Below the pieces are notes generated by a model. It had not been told where the DNA came from, did not search any database, and worked only from the letters and a program-made list of their open reading frames with translations. From Candidatus Poribacteria bacterium (GTDB taxonomy: Bacteria; Poribacteria; WGA-4E; PCPOR2b), in assembly GCA_965218095.1 (NCBI GenBank), contig OZ244587.1, forward strand, positions 1,088,001 through 1,152,000: a DNA stretch of 64,000 bases, written 5' to 3'. The number at the start of each line of letters is the position of its first letter. Position 1 is the first letter of the stretch. The translations under genes and the position numbers were made by a program. Shown here in pieces: positions 9,585-19,770 of this stretch.

Positions 9585-10916
9585 TTGAATTACGAATCCG
9601 CTCTCGCCTATATTAACACATTCATCAACTTTGAGAAAAGTCCCGATTTCTCCCGACAGGCACGCCTCTATAATCTCAATCGCATCTCTCTCCTTTTAGA
9701 GCGCCTTGGAAATCCACATCGCAATTTGACGGTTATCCATATCGCTGGCAGCAAGGGGAAGGGGTCAACAGCAGCACTTATCGCTTCGATACTCACCCAC
9801 GGAGGCTACAGGACCGGCTTGTTTTCACAGCCGCACCTGATTACTCCCCGTGAACGTTGTCGCATTGACTCGCGGCTGATTTCAGAGAAGGCCTTCGCGC
9901 ATTATATCGATCGGATGAAACCGTCGATCGAGACTGTGGCAGGGATGGAAGCGATTGGGCCCATCTCCTTCTTTGAGATTTATACAGCCCTTGCCTTCTA
10001 CTATTTTGCAGACAATGCGGTTGATTTTGCGGTTGTTGAAGTGGGACTTGGCGGGCGGCTGGATGCGACAAATGTTGTCCATCCGCTTGTGAGCGTTATC
10101 ACGCCGATTAGCCTGGAGCACACAGCGGTGCTTGGAAATACACGCGGAAAGATCGCGAAGGAAAAGGCCGAGATCATTAAAACCGGCCGCCCGCTTGTGT
10201 TAGCCCCACAAGCCCCTGGAGCGCAAGCCGTGCTTGAAAGGGTCGCCGCAGACCGGGACGCCCCGATCGATCAGGTCGGACGCGGCATCTACCTGAAACG
10301 TAAAATCTGGAATATCGGTGGGCAGACGTTTGACCTCAACACACAGCAAACGTCATATCCAGACCTTTTTTTACCGTTGCTCGGTGAACATCAGGCGATT
10401 AACGCAGCGACTGCGATTGCTTGCATTGAGCGCATTCGTAAGGAAGGATATTCGATTCCCAGGACGAGTATCTACAACGGGCTGAAGGAGATTCGTTGGC
10501 CCGGACGCATGCAAGTCGTGGGGCGCTTGCCGATTATGTTGCTGGATGGAGCCCACTCGCCGACTTCGGCGAAGGTGTTGTGCAAGGCCATCCGTGAAAC
10601 CTTTCGTTACCGACGTTTGATTTTTGTCGTGGCGCTGATGCGGGACAAAGCCCTGAAAGCCATCGGCCGGGTGTTCTGTCCATTTGCCGATGAAATCATT
10701 ACAACACAGGCGTTTGATAACCCTCGCGTTATCCCGGCTGAGGAGATCGCGCAGGCGTGGTTAGATTTCGGAGTAGCTCTTCATGTTTGCCCCACAGTCC
10801 CTGAGGCAATACAGTTCGCGCAATCCATTGCCACACCTGCGGATATGATCTGTATCGCGGGCTCCATCTATCTCGTCGGAGAAACGATGAAGGTACTTGG
10901 TATATGTGAAACGTAA
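9585..10916 (+). CDS. folC: Folylpolyglutamate synthase / dihydrofolate synthase
   Basis: IHIAGSKGKGS, EVGLGGRLDATNV, WPGR, LDGAH, GSIYLVGE. Confidence 0.95.
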   Translation: MNYESALAYINTFINFEKSPDFSRQARLYNLNRISLLLERLGNPHRNLTVIHIAGSKGKGSTAALIASILTHGGYRTGLFSQPHLITPRERCRIDSRLISEKAFAHYIDRMKPSIETVAGMEAIGPISFFEIYTALAFYYFADNAVDFAVVEVGLGGRLDATNVVHPLVSVITPISLEHTAVLGNTRGKIAKEKAEIIKTGRPLVLAPQAPGAQAVLERVAADRDAPIDQVGRGIYLKRKIWNIGGQTFDLNTQQTSYPDLFLPLLGEHQAINAATAIACIERIRKEGYSIPRTSIYNGLKEIRWPGRMQVVGRLPIMLLDGAHSPTSAKVLCKAIRETFRYRRLIFVVALMRDKALKAIGRVFCPFADEIITTQAFDNPRVIPAEEIAQAWLDFGVALHVCPTVPEAIQFAQSIATPADMICIAGSIYLVGETMKVLGICET

Positions 10917-10978
10917 AACGTAATGCGTAAAATGTAAAGAACGTACCTACTTATACTCACTTTTAGAGGAGGAGTTTT

Positions 10979-13336
10979 ATGATCGAAACAGTTGTCAACT
11001 GGCTCCATGGAAGGAGCCGTAAATGTTTAGTATTTCTCGCTTCATTGGTGGGAGTGGCAGCCACAAATTCTGCCTTCGCACAAACCGAATCTCTCCCTTC
11101 GGTGCCAGCCGCGTGGTGGCTTGCGCCAATTGGCTCATTGTTCGCCTTGGCGTTCGCATTTTTCTTCTACAAATCCGTCATGAAGCAGAGTGAAGGCACA
11201 GAGGTGATGCGTGAGATCGCCCAATCCGTCCGCGAAGGGGCGATGGCTTACCTGAGACAGCAGTATAAAGTGGTGGGGATTGTTTTCGTCGTGCTATGCG
11301 TTATCTTCCTCATCATGGCTTTCGGGTTAAATGCCCAAAACAAGGTTGTTCCTTTTGCGTTTTTGACGGGTGGTTTCTTTTCAGGGCTTTGTGGTTTTCT
11401 TGGCATGAAGACCGCAACCAACGCATCGGCTCGCACGACGAGTGCCGCGATGGAGGGCCTCAACTCCGGTTTGCGAGTTGCCTTTCGCGCCGGTGCTGTG
11501 ATGGGACTGGTAGTTGTTGGCTTCGCTCTTTTAGACATCGCCGGTTGGTTCTTGATCCTTTACTATCTTTTCCCCAAGATTTTCCCAGGCTTTTTGGGCA
11601 CAAACCCACTGCCCCAGATCACCGTGATCATGTTGAGTTTTGGTATGGGTGCCTCCACACAGGCACTCTTTGCGCGTGTCGGGGGTGGCATCTACACGAA
11701 GGCAGCCGATGTCGGTGCCGATCTGGTAGGAAAAGTGGAAGCCGGCATCCCTGAAGATGATCCACGCAACCCTGCCGTGATTGCGGATAATGTCGGCGAT
11801 AATGTTGGCGATGTGGCGGGGATGGGGGCAGACCTGTACGAGTCTTATGCAGGCTCAATTTTGGCGACCGCTGCACTCGGTGTTGCCGCTATCGCCGCCA
11901 AAGAGCATGATAACATTGCGCTACAGTTAAAGTATCTCTCTGCCCCTATGGTCATCGCAGGAATTGGTGTGGTTCTCTCTATTTTGGGAATTTATATGGT
12001 GCGGACTAAAGAAGGTGCCTCAATGAGGCAGTTGATGGGTTCACTCAACCTGGGCATCAACGGGAGTGCGATTGGCATTGCCATCCTGGCGATTCCGGTG
12101 CTACTGTATCTAGACCTCCCGAACAAGTGGCAAATTTGGGGCGCGATTGTGGCGGGTTTGTTAGCTGGGCTGATTATCGGCAAGGTGACCGAAGTGTTTA
12201 CATCCCACGATTATAGCCCAACACAGGGTATCGCCAAGCAGGCTGAAACGGGGCCGGCAACGGTTATCATTGAGGGCATTGCTGTGGGGATGCAGTCCAC
12301 CGCCATTCCTGTGATAACAGTTATTGCGGCTGTTGCAATTAGCTTCTATCTTCCGGGCGGTGCCAAAGATACGCTGATGGGGCTCTACGGGGTTGGCATT
12401 GCCGCCGTTGGAATGCTCGCCACACTCGGTATCACACTCGCCACTGATGCGTATGGGCCCATTGCGGACAACGCCGGCGGAAACGCAGAAATGTCTGAAC
12501 TGGATCCGAGTGTCCGTCAACGTACAGACCAACTCGATTCCCTCGGTAACACCACCGCCGCGACCGGCAAAGGATTCGCCATCGGTTCCGCTGCGCTCAC
12601 CGCGCTTGCACTCCTTGCCGCTTACCTTGAGGAGGTCCGGTATGGGTTAATTCACTTAGCAGACCAACATCAACTCGCCATCCCTGGTGAAGGGATGGTT
12701 GATACCGTCAAGGTCAGCATTGCCCAGTTCATGTCTTATTACAATGTGACCCTGATGAATCCTAAAGTGTTGATTGGTCTGTTTATCGGTGCGGTGATGG
12801 TGTTCTACTTCTGTGCCTTGACGATGAAAGCGGTTGGTCGTGCTGCCGGCGCGATGGTGTTGGAGGTCCGGCGTCAATTCCACGAGCGGCCGGGCATCAT
12901 GGAGCGGACAGAGAAGCCGGACTACGCCCGGTGTGTGGCGATTTCAACAGTCGGTGCGCAGAGAGAGATGATTCTTCCATCGCTGATTGCGATTATTGTC
13001 CCGGTGGTCGTTGGCTTGGTATTTAACGTTGCGGGTGTCCTCGGCTTGCTTGCCGGCGGTTTGGTGACCGGATTCGTGCTGGCGGTGATGATGGCGAATG
13101 CCGGCAGCGCGTGGGACAATGCAAAGAAGTACATTGAGGGCGGGGAATACGGCGGTAAGGGCTCTGACAATCATGCCGCAACGGTTGTCGGCGATACTGT
13201 CGGCGATCCGTTCAAGGATACCTCCGGGCCATCGCTCAACATTTTGATCAAACTGATGTCGATGGTGTCCGTGGTATTCGCAGGATTAATTGCGAAATAC
13301 GGTGCCGTGATCGGTGGCTTGTTGGGGATGGGCTGA
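10979..13336 (+). CDS. hppA: Membrane-integral ion-translocating pyrophosphatase, K+-dependent (Na+ or Na+,H+ type)
   Basis: GGGIYTKAADVGADLVGKVEAGIPEDDPRN, DNVGDNVGD, GNTTAATGK, GDTVGDPFKDTSGP. Confidence 0.96.
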   Translation: MIETVVNWLHGRSRKCLVFLASLVGVAATNSAFAQTESLPSVPAAWWLAPIGSLFALAFAFFFYKSVMKQSEGTEVMREIAQSVREGAMAYLRQQYKVVGIVFVVLCVIFLIMAFGLNAQNKVVPFAFLTGGFFSGLCGFLGMKTATNASARTTSAAMEGLNSGLRVAFRAGAVMGLVVVGFALLDIAGWFLILYYLFPKIFPGFLGTNPLPQITVIMLSFGMGASTQALFARVGGGIYTKAADVGADLVGKVEAGIPEDDPRNPAVIADNVGDNVGDVAGMGADLYESYAGSILATAALGVAAIAAKEHDNIALQLKYLSAPMVIAGIGVVLSILGIYMVRTKEGASMRQLMGSLNLGINGSAIGIAILAIPVLLYLDLPNKWQIWGAIVAGLLAGLIIGKVTEVFTSHDYSPTQGIAKQAETGPATVIIEGIAVGMQSTAIPVITVIAAVAISFYLPGGAKDTLMGLYGVGIAAVGMLATLGITLATDAYGPIADNAGGNAEMSELDPSVRQRTDQLDSLGNTTAATGKGFAIGSAALTALALLAAYLEEVRYGLIHLADQHQLAIPGEGMVDTVKVSIAQFMSYYNVTLMNPKVLIGLFIGAVMVFYFCALTMKAVGRAAGAMVLEVRRQFHERPGIMERTEKPDYARCVAISTVGAQREMILPSLIAIIVPVVVGLVFNVAGVLGLLAGGLVTGFVLAVMMANAGSAWDNAKKYIEGGEYGGKGSDNHAATVVGDTVGDPFKDTSGPSLNILIKLMSMVSVVFAGLIAKYGAVIGGLLGMG

Positions 13337-13622
13337 TGAAATTGTTTCTCAGGACCTTGGCATCCGTTATGGTTTTATCCCCAAACGGTGGAGTTGATGC
13401 GGTGACAAATGTTGAAGGAACTGGGGCTTGATGAACCTCAAGGAATACTGAGGAAGGTGATTCACTGTGTGGAAATCCTGCGGTCGTCGGTGATTCTCAA
13501 TCATCTTACTTATTTATCAATTATTTTGGCATGGACAATGGGGTCCACTTTAGAACTAGATGGATACCTGGCAATCCACCTAATGGATTGTTTAGATATA
13601 ACTGACAGAAAAAGGAGATCCT

Positions 13623-14054
13623 ATGTCAAATCTGATGTGTTGTGTTAGGGTTGAATGGGAAGGCCCCTTCTCTGTTGATGACGTGATAGCAGAGCTGAAC
13701 AATAAGGACGACTATGGTTTATACCAAATCTATGGCAAGCACATCATCTTCGGGGAAAATTCCCTGCTCTACATTGGAATGACAGACCAGACCTTCAGCG
13801 AAAGACTCGAAGGTCACAGGAAGGATTGGTTATGGTATGATGAAGAGTGGGGGAAGGTTTCTATCCGAATTGCTCGCGTTCCGTCAAAGGTCCTCAAAGA
13901 TGCTGAGGCACTTGAAATCTACTGGCATTCACCGCCATATAATTCACAGAACATCTACGACTACAAGGGCAGTCAATTGCAAATCATGAACGAAGGAGAG
14001 CATGGTAGCTTGGTAAAGTGTCTGTCCACTGAGAGGCTTCCGTGGTACAGATGA
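13623..14054 (+). CDS. Stand-alone GIY-YIG nuclease-family protein
   Basis: YGLYQIYG...LLYIGMT, conserved R (FSERL), E (AEALEI) and N (PPYN); AAGGAG RBS. Confidence 0.7.
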   Translation: MSNLMCCVRVEWEGPFSVDDVIAELNNKDDYGLYQIYGKHIIFGENSLLYIGMTDQTFSERLEGHRKDWLWYDEEWGKVSIRIARVPSKVLKDAEALEIYWHSPPYNSQNIYDYKGSQLQIMNEGEHGSLVKCLSTERLPWYR

Positions 14055-14178
14055 AAACCGAATGACCAACACGAGAATCCTCTTTAGCGTAAAAGTTGAA
14101 TATGATCCCCTTAATGCTACAATTATCATCAAAAACCTCAAAGCGATGACGAACTGCTAACCTCCAAAGGTTCAAAAA

Positions 14179-15555
14179 ATGTTTAAGAAAATCTTAATTG
14201 CAAATCGTGGTGAAATTGCGCTCAGGATTATCCGTGCCTGCCAGGACATGGGTATCAAGACCGTTGCTGTCTATTCGACCGCCGACAAGGATTCTTTGCA
14301 TGTCAAGTATGCAGATGACGGTTGCTGTATCGGTCCACCCGCTTCAACGGAAAGTTACCTCAAACATCCCAATATCATTACGGTTGCTGAACTAACCAAT
14401 GCGGATGCTATTCACCCCGGCGCTGGGTTTTTAGCAGAAGATGCCCAATTTGCCGAGATCTGTCAAGCCCACAAGATTGCGTTCATCGGACCGACGGTCG
14501 ACAACTTGAGGACAATGGGGGACAAGGCACAGGCGCGGGAAACGATGTCGAAAGCAGGGCTTGATTTAGTACCGGGTAGTCGCAGCAGCCGCCACGGTCT
14601 TCGGCGAAGTCTTAAAAAAGGTGTGATTGAAAATGCTGAGGAAGCTGTCGAACTTTCGGAGAAGATCGGCTATCCGGTTGGCATCAAAGCGTCGGCCGGC
14701 GGCGGTGGACGTGGCATCCGGATCGCACACAACAGCATCAGTCTGAGGAATCTCTTCCACACCGCGAAAGCAGAAGCTGAGTCTGCATTTGGCAACGCTG
14801 ATGTGTACATTGAGAAGTGGATCGAGAATGCACGCCACATTGAGGTGCAGATTCTGGCAGATAATCACGGAAACGCCATCCATCTCGGTGAACGGGAATG
14901 CTCCATCCAGCGGAAACACCAAAAGTTAGTTGAGGAAGCCCCTGCTCCATCGCTACCCCCGAAGGTAAGGAGTGAGATTTGCAAGGCAGCCACTAAAGCG
15001 GCGAAAGCGATTGGCTTTACGAATGCCGGGACGATCGAGTTCGTCGTAGACTCCGAAGACAATTTCTACTTCCTTGAGATGAACACACGCATACAGGTCG
15101 AGCATACGATAACAGAGATGATCACGGGAATTGACCTAATCAAAGAACAGATTCGTCTCGCATGGGGCGAAGAACTCGGATACAGCCAATCAGGCGTTCA
15201 GATGAACGGGCATGCAATCGAGTGCCGGATTAACGCGGAAGATCCCGATAATGGTTTCACGCCTTCCCCCGGCAAGATTGAAGCGTACCTGCCGCCTGGT
15301 GGAATCGGCATACGGGTGGATGGCTACGTCTATCCCGGCTACGTTGTGCCGCCTTATTACGATTCGTTAGTTGCAAAACTAATTGCACACGGCAGAGACC
15401 GAGAGGAAGCAATCGCTCGCATGAAGCGGGCTTTGGGAGAATTTATATTTGAGGGGATTAAAACCTCTTTGCCGCTCCACGAAAAAACCATGAATGATGA
15501 ACGTTTTCTAAATGGACAGATCTCTACAAATTTTTTGGATTCACTCAGTCAGTAA
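14179..15555 (+). CDS. accC: Acetyl-CoA carboxylase biotin carboxylase subunit
   Basis: [54 protein letters not shown]. Confidence 0.96.
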   Translation: MFKKILIANRGEIALRIIRACQDMGIKTVAVYSTADKDSLHVKYADDGCCIGPPASTESYLKHPNIITVAELTNADAIHPGAGFLAEDAQFAEICQAHKIAFIGPTVDNLRTMGDKAQARETMSKAGLDLVPGSRSSRHGLRRSLKKGVIENAEEAVELSEKIGYPVGIKASAGGGGRGIRIAHNSISLRNLFHTAKAEAESAFGNADVYIEKWIENARHIEVQILADNHGNAIHLGERECSIQRKHQKLVEEAPAPSLPPKVRSEICKAATKAAKAIGFTNAGTIEFVVDSEDNFYFLEMNTRIQVEHTITEMITGIDLIKEQIRLAWGEELGYSQSGVQMNGHAIECRINAEDPDNGFTPSPGKIEAYLPPGGIGIRVDGYVYPGYVVPPYYDSLVAKLIAHGRDREEAIARMKRALGEFIFEGIKTSLPLHEKTMNDERFLNGQISTNFLDSLSQ

Positions 15556-15563
15556 GTTTATCC

Positions 15564-16268
15564 ATGCCCCTTTCTATTGACGTTGTTTTTACACCCGATC
15601 TCCTTCCTTTTTCTGATCTCACCGGCAACATTGTTGTTGTCGCCGATATTTTGCGTGCCACAACCACCATCACCTTTGCAATGGCAAACGGCACGACGAG
15701 CATCACGCCTGTCCTGACTCCTGAGAACGCACTTCGTCTCGCGGCGAATCAACCGGATACCCTAATCGGCGGCGAGCGGGGTGGAAAAAAGGTGCGGGGT
15801 TTTGATCTCGGAAATTCGCCGCGTGAGTATACCCAGGCGATTGTTTCTCGCAAGCGGATCGTTTTAACCACGACAAACGGCACACGGACCTTACAGGCGT
15901 GTCGTTCTGCTGAACAAGTTCTCGTCGGATCTTTCCTCAATCTTCGAGCAATCATCAACCGGCTCGTTCAAGTTGAAGGGGAAGTGATCTTTGCCTGCTC
16001 TGGTCGAGAAGGTGGTTTCTGTATGGAGGACACCGTTTTTGCGGGCGCATGTGTAGACGTGCTGAAGGACGCCCAACTGACTGACTCCGCCGAAGCAGCC
16101 AAAACCCTCTATCAAAGGCATCGCTACAACCTGCTCGGTATGCTGAAGAATTGCTATCACGGTCGAAACCTCACCAGCATTGGGTTAGCTGGCGATCTTG
16201 AGTTTTGCGCCCAAACGGATTTCGTTGACGTCGTTCCCCGCCAAATTGATGGACGGATTATCGTTTAA
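15564..16268 (+). CDS. comB: 2-phosphosulfolactate phosphatase family protein
   Basis: DILRATTT, GGERGG..GFDLGNSP, TTTNGT, EDTVFAG. Confidence 0.9.
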   Translation: MPLSIDVVFTPDLLPFSDLTGNIVVVADILRATTTITFAMANGTTSITPVLTPENALRLAANQPDTLIGGERGGKKVRGFDLGNSPREYTQAIVSRKRIVLTTTNGTRTLQACRSAEQVLVGSFLNLRAIINRLVQVEGEVIFACSGREGGFCMEDTVFAGACVDVLKDAQLTDSAEAAKTLYQRHRYNLLGMLKNCYHGRNLTSIGLAGDLEFCAQTDFVDVVPRQIDGRIIV

Positions 16269-16582
16269 AACGTGAGGCGCGATTCGTGGAGATAGGCATC
16301 AGGACTCAGGTATCAGGCATTCGCACCCAATCCTCATACCTGACACCTGAACAAATTTGCAGATTTGCTTATTCCTCGCGCCACGGCGGCGCCATCCACG
16401 AATTGAACCAATTCCACTTCCAAAGCACCTTCTTTGCAGGCATTTCAAGTTCGTATTCAATACCAGCGGTGAAGGGCAGCACCTTGGTCTGGTCGCCGAC
16501 AGTCTCCCTTATTCACTCGATGAAAGCGGCGACATCGGTAACATGAGGAAATTGAAACCGGGGAAATAGGGAATAGACGGCC

Positions 16583-17035
16583 ATGAAAAAAATTGTCATT
16601 AGTGCTTGTCTTATCGGTGTGCAGTGCCGCTATAATGGCCTCAATAGCAAAAGTGAACAGGTCACGCAAGAATTTGGAGCGAATGAGTTGATTCCGATCT
16701 GTCCTGAACAACTGGGAGGGCTTCCGACCCCCCGCCCGCCTGCTGAGATTGTCGGTGAAGACGGGGATGATGTACTTGATGGGAAGGCTCGTGTGGTCAC
16801 GGCAGATGGTGAGGATAAAACCGAAGCATTCTTGTGTGGTGCGCATCGCGCCTTGGAAATCGCCCAGGCGCATGACGCCACGCATGCCATGCTCAAGTCG
16901 AAAAGCCCGTCCTGTGGATGTGGACAGATTTACGATGGTTCTTTTTCCGGCAACCTCACCAATGGCGTCGGTGTAACTGCGGCGCTATTTCGTAGACACG
17001 GGATACAAATCATAACGGAAAAGGATCTGGAATGA
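16583..17035 (+). CDS. DUF523 / 2-thiouracil desulfurase (YbbK-like) family protein
   Basis: SACLIG..CRY, ICPEQLGGLPTPRPPAE, LKSKSPSCG, GVTA. Confidence 0.9.
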   Translation: MKKIVISACLIGVQCRYNGLNSKSEQVTQEFGANELIPICPEQLGGLPTPRPPAEIVGEDGDDVLDGKARVVTADGEDKTEAFLCGAHRALEIAQAHDATHAMLKSKSPSCGCGQIYDGSFSGNLTNGVGVTAALFRRHGIQIITEKDLE

Positions 17036-17240
17036 CTCGAATCTGGAACTCCTATGCTAACGCCATGCTTCTGACCAACGTCGCGTATGATGATAACCAC
17101 TGCGGATGCGCCATTCTCGGAGGACATCGAGTCGTTCCTGTTTTTTCGCAGCCGCTGACGGTTCGCCCTACAGGTTCTGAACCTCGCCGGGATCTTTGAC
17201 TTTCCTCTAAATAAATTTTAAGGATTCATTGCAATCAGAC

Positions 17241-17269
17241 TTGACAAAGATTTCTAAACGGTGTACACT
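17241..17269 (+). promoter_or_regulatory. Sigma70-type promoter upstream of nadA
   Basis: TTGACA-17 bp-TACACT. Confidence 0.7.
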
Positions 17270-17272
17270 CTA

Positions 17273-17539
17273 CTAAAGTTTGGACAAGTGTGCTAAAGTG
17301 TCTAAAGTTATCTTGTCGCGTTGTACGTTTGCCCATTATCTCCCGAACCCACTGACGGGTATACCCTTTTCGGCGCGTCCGACACCGGTCCGACCATGAC
17401 CTGGTCAAAGGGGGGGCAATTGGCCGAGGGCAATCGCGTTGAATTTGGTGGGAGTGATCCCGATTGGCAAGACAGGCGCAAAATGGCAGCCACCCGACCA
17501 TTGTTCGCCCCGCGCCCTATGAAATTGTCCAAACTTTAG
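17273..17539. mobile_element. 267-bp MITE
   Basis: Perfect 15-bp TIR CTAAAGTTTGGACAA / TTGTCCAAACTTTAG and 9-bp target duplication TACACTCTA (17264-17272, 17540-17548). Confidence 0.9.
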
Positions 17540-17681
17540 TACACTCTAAGGCAACTGAGAAAAATGACAAAAATTTTGCGTATTTATTGACTGAGTGTCA
17601 AGAACATCCTCAGAGGAACACACTTAAAAATCAGAGATTATGAGGTGAAATACACTCCGAAGGATTCAGGGGTGAAAAAAC

Positions 17682-18791
17682 ATGAATTCCCAACCGACAG
17701 CGTCCCAGGACAGTGCGGATACGGTAGATTTCAGTATTGAAGATGTGAAGAAAGAACTCTATGAACGGAACCATCCAAGTTTAACGCCTATCGACATAGA
17801 GGTACACGCAGAAATAGTATATAAGATCTTGAAGCTGAAGAAAAAACACGACGTGTTGATGCTCGGCCATAACTACATGGAACCCCTTGTGTTTGGTTTA
17901 TCAACGAAAAAGGAGCAAGGCGACTCGCTTGGATTGAGCATGCACGCCGCAAAGACAGATGCGCCATACATTCTTTTTAATGGCGTGCCATTCATGGCAG
18001 AAACAGCGAAAATCCTCAACCCTTCAAAAACCGTCCTCGTCGCTGATAAGACAGCAGGCTGCTCGCTGGCGGATAATTTTGGTGCGGAGGAGGTCAGGAA
18101 GCTGAAGGCGCTTTACCCCGGCGTCCCCGTCATGATTTACATCAACAGCTACGCCGACGCGAAAGCGGAATCGGACATCTGCTGTACATCAGCAAATGCC
18201 GCCCAAATTGCGCAAGACATGCCAGGTGACAAAATCCTTTTTGTTCCTGACATTTTCTTCGCAGAGAATTTAGAGGAGGAGCTCAAAGGAACAAAGACCG
18301 TTATCTATCCTGGCAAAGGCAACCAGGAGAAAGGCGCAGTATGTGAGGTTCATGAAAGATTCTTACTTTCAGACCTTCTAGCAATCAGAGAATCGTTTGA
18401 CATCCCCAAGGGCCACCCCAAGAGAATACTCTATGCACACTGGGAATGTCGGCTTGAGGTTCTCCAGGAAGCAGATTTTTATGGCAGCACCAGCCAGATA
18501 GGGAGGGACATCGCCAAAAGGGTAGCAGAAAATCGACTGGAGCGCGCTTTTGTGGCTTCGGAATGTGAGTTGACCTCCAACCTGGCGCAAGAGTTCCCAA
18601 CCGTCGAATTTTGGACAGCATGTTCTGTGCGATGCTCGCACATGGCAAAGGTGACGCTCAATAAAGTGCTGAGTCGCCTGGAAGCACTCGATCGGGGTGA
18701 CGATTTGAGTCGGTGTGAAATCACACTCAGTCCCGAGGTCATTGAGCAAGCAAGAATGCCCATTGAACGGATGCTTGAGATGAGTGCGTAA
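17682..18791 (+). CDS. nadA: Quinolinate synthase
   Basis: LGHNY, GDSL.LS, FMAETAKILNP, AGCSLA, YINS, CTSANA, CEVH, HWEC, C.HM. Confidence 0.93.
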   Translation: MNSQPTASQDSADTVDFSIEDVKKELYERNHPSLTPIDIEVHAEIVYKILKLKKKHDVLMLGHNYMEPLVFGLSTKKEQGDSLGLSMHAAKTDAPYILFNGVPFMAETAKILNPSKTVLVADKTAGCSLADNFGAEEVRKLKALYPGVPVMIYINSYADAKAESDICCTSANAAQIAQDMPGDKILFVPDIFFAENLEEELKGTKTVIYPGKGNQEKGAVCEVHERFLLSDLLAIRESFDIPKGHPKRILYAHWECRLEVLQEADFYGSTSQIGRDIAKRVAENRLERAFVASECELTSNLAQEFPTVEFWTACSVRCSHMAKVTLNKVLSRLEALDRGDDLSRCEITLSPEVIEQARMPIERMLEMSA

Positions 18792-18819
18792 AACGTGAAA
18801 CGTGATGAGTATAGCAGTT

Positions 18820-18908
18820 GTGTCAATGGAAAAGTGTTGAGGTTACAGATTCCCTACGCTCTCGTTGAAACAATCCAACGAGAGCGTAGGGAATTTCTAT
18901 GTTGACAC
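18820..18908. repeat. Palindromic element with perfect 19-bp stem
   Basis: ATTCCCTACGCTCTCGTTG (18849-18867) / CAACGAGAGCGTAGGGAAT (18876-18894); outer inverted GTGTCAA / TTGACAC. Confidence 0.8.
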
Positions 18909-18951
18909 GAGGTTTTTCGTTTATGAGTTGGAGATAGGCGGCGAATAAGGT

Positions 18952-19365
18952 ATGGCCGACGGATTCAATGCACCGGGCGTCGTCAAGCCCTTTGGGATTT
19001 TCTCCAGTGCAGCATGGCAGCCAGAGGGCAAAGTCCTCCACATTTCTGGCCAAGTTGCCCAGGATCCCGACGGCAACACGGTGGGCGTCGATGATATCAA
19101 AGTCCAGACTCAACAGGTGCTTACAAACATTCAGGACGTTCTTGCCAGTGTCGGCGGGAGAATGTCGGACATTGTCAAGGTCACGGTCTTCGTGACCGAT
19201 ATGTCGACGCTCGTGGATGTCCACACAGTGCGTGCGGAGTTCTTCGATCCGCCGTACCCCGCAAGCACACTGGTCAAGGTCAGTCAGTTGGTCAAGCCCG
19301 AGTGGATGATTGAGATCGAGGCGGTGGCGGTGATTCCATTTGACCGGGTCAAAGCACCCGCTTAG
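18952..19365 (+). CDS. RidA/YjgF/UK114 family protein
   Basis: LHISGQV, QTQQVLTNI, DIVKVTVFVTD, PASTLVKVSQL, IEIEAVA. Confidence 0.9.
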   Translation: MADGFNAPGVVKPFGIFSSAAWQPEGKVLHISGQVAQDPDGNTVGVDDIKVQTQQVLTNIQDVLASVGGRMSDIVKVTVFVTDMSTLVDVHTVRAEFFDPPYPASTLVKVSQLVKPEWMIEIEAVAVIPFDRVKAPA

Positions 19366-19770
19366 TGCGTGTGCCCAACATGATTCTGGAGATTGACCAA
19401 GACGACGCGCCGTGGGAGGATTATCGAAAATCTCTTATTGCGTGATGCTACGATAAGTTTTGTAAAAAAGGCTACAAACAGTGCCCGTAAGAAACAAAAA
19501 AAATCCCTAATGACCAGAACCATGTAAAGAAGTGACCTCATTTCTGTATTGCTGTTGTCGAATCTTTTGATTTCTTTTTATAGTGCGAGAGAGTTGAAGG
19601 TAAAGTTTGGACCGTAAAATTATCACAAAAACGATGGTTTATTTGACAAGAATCGTTATCGTGAAAACGGCAGACAAAACGATAAGAATCGTTATAAAAT
19701 GAATTGAGTCATTACCTCTTCACGTAATTTCGCTAAAAATCATATCCAAAACCATCAGATACTTGCGCGG

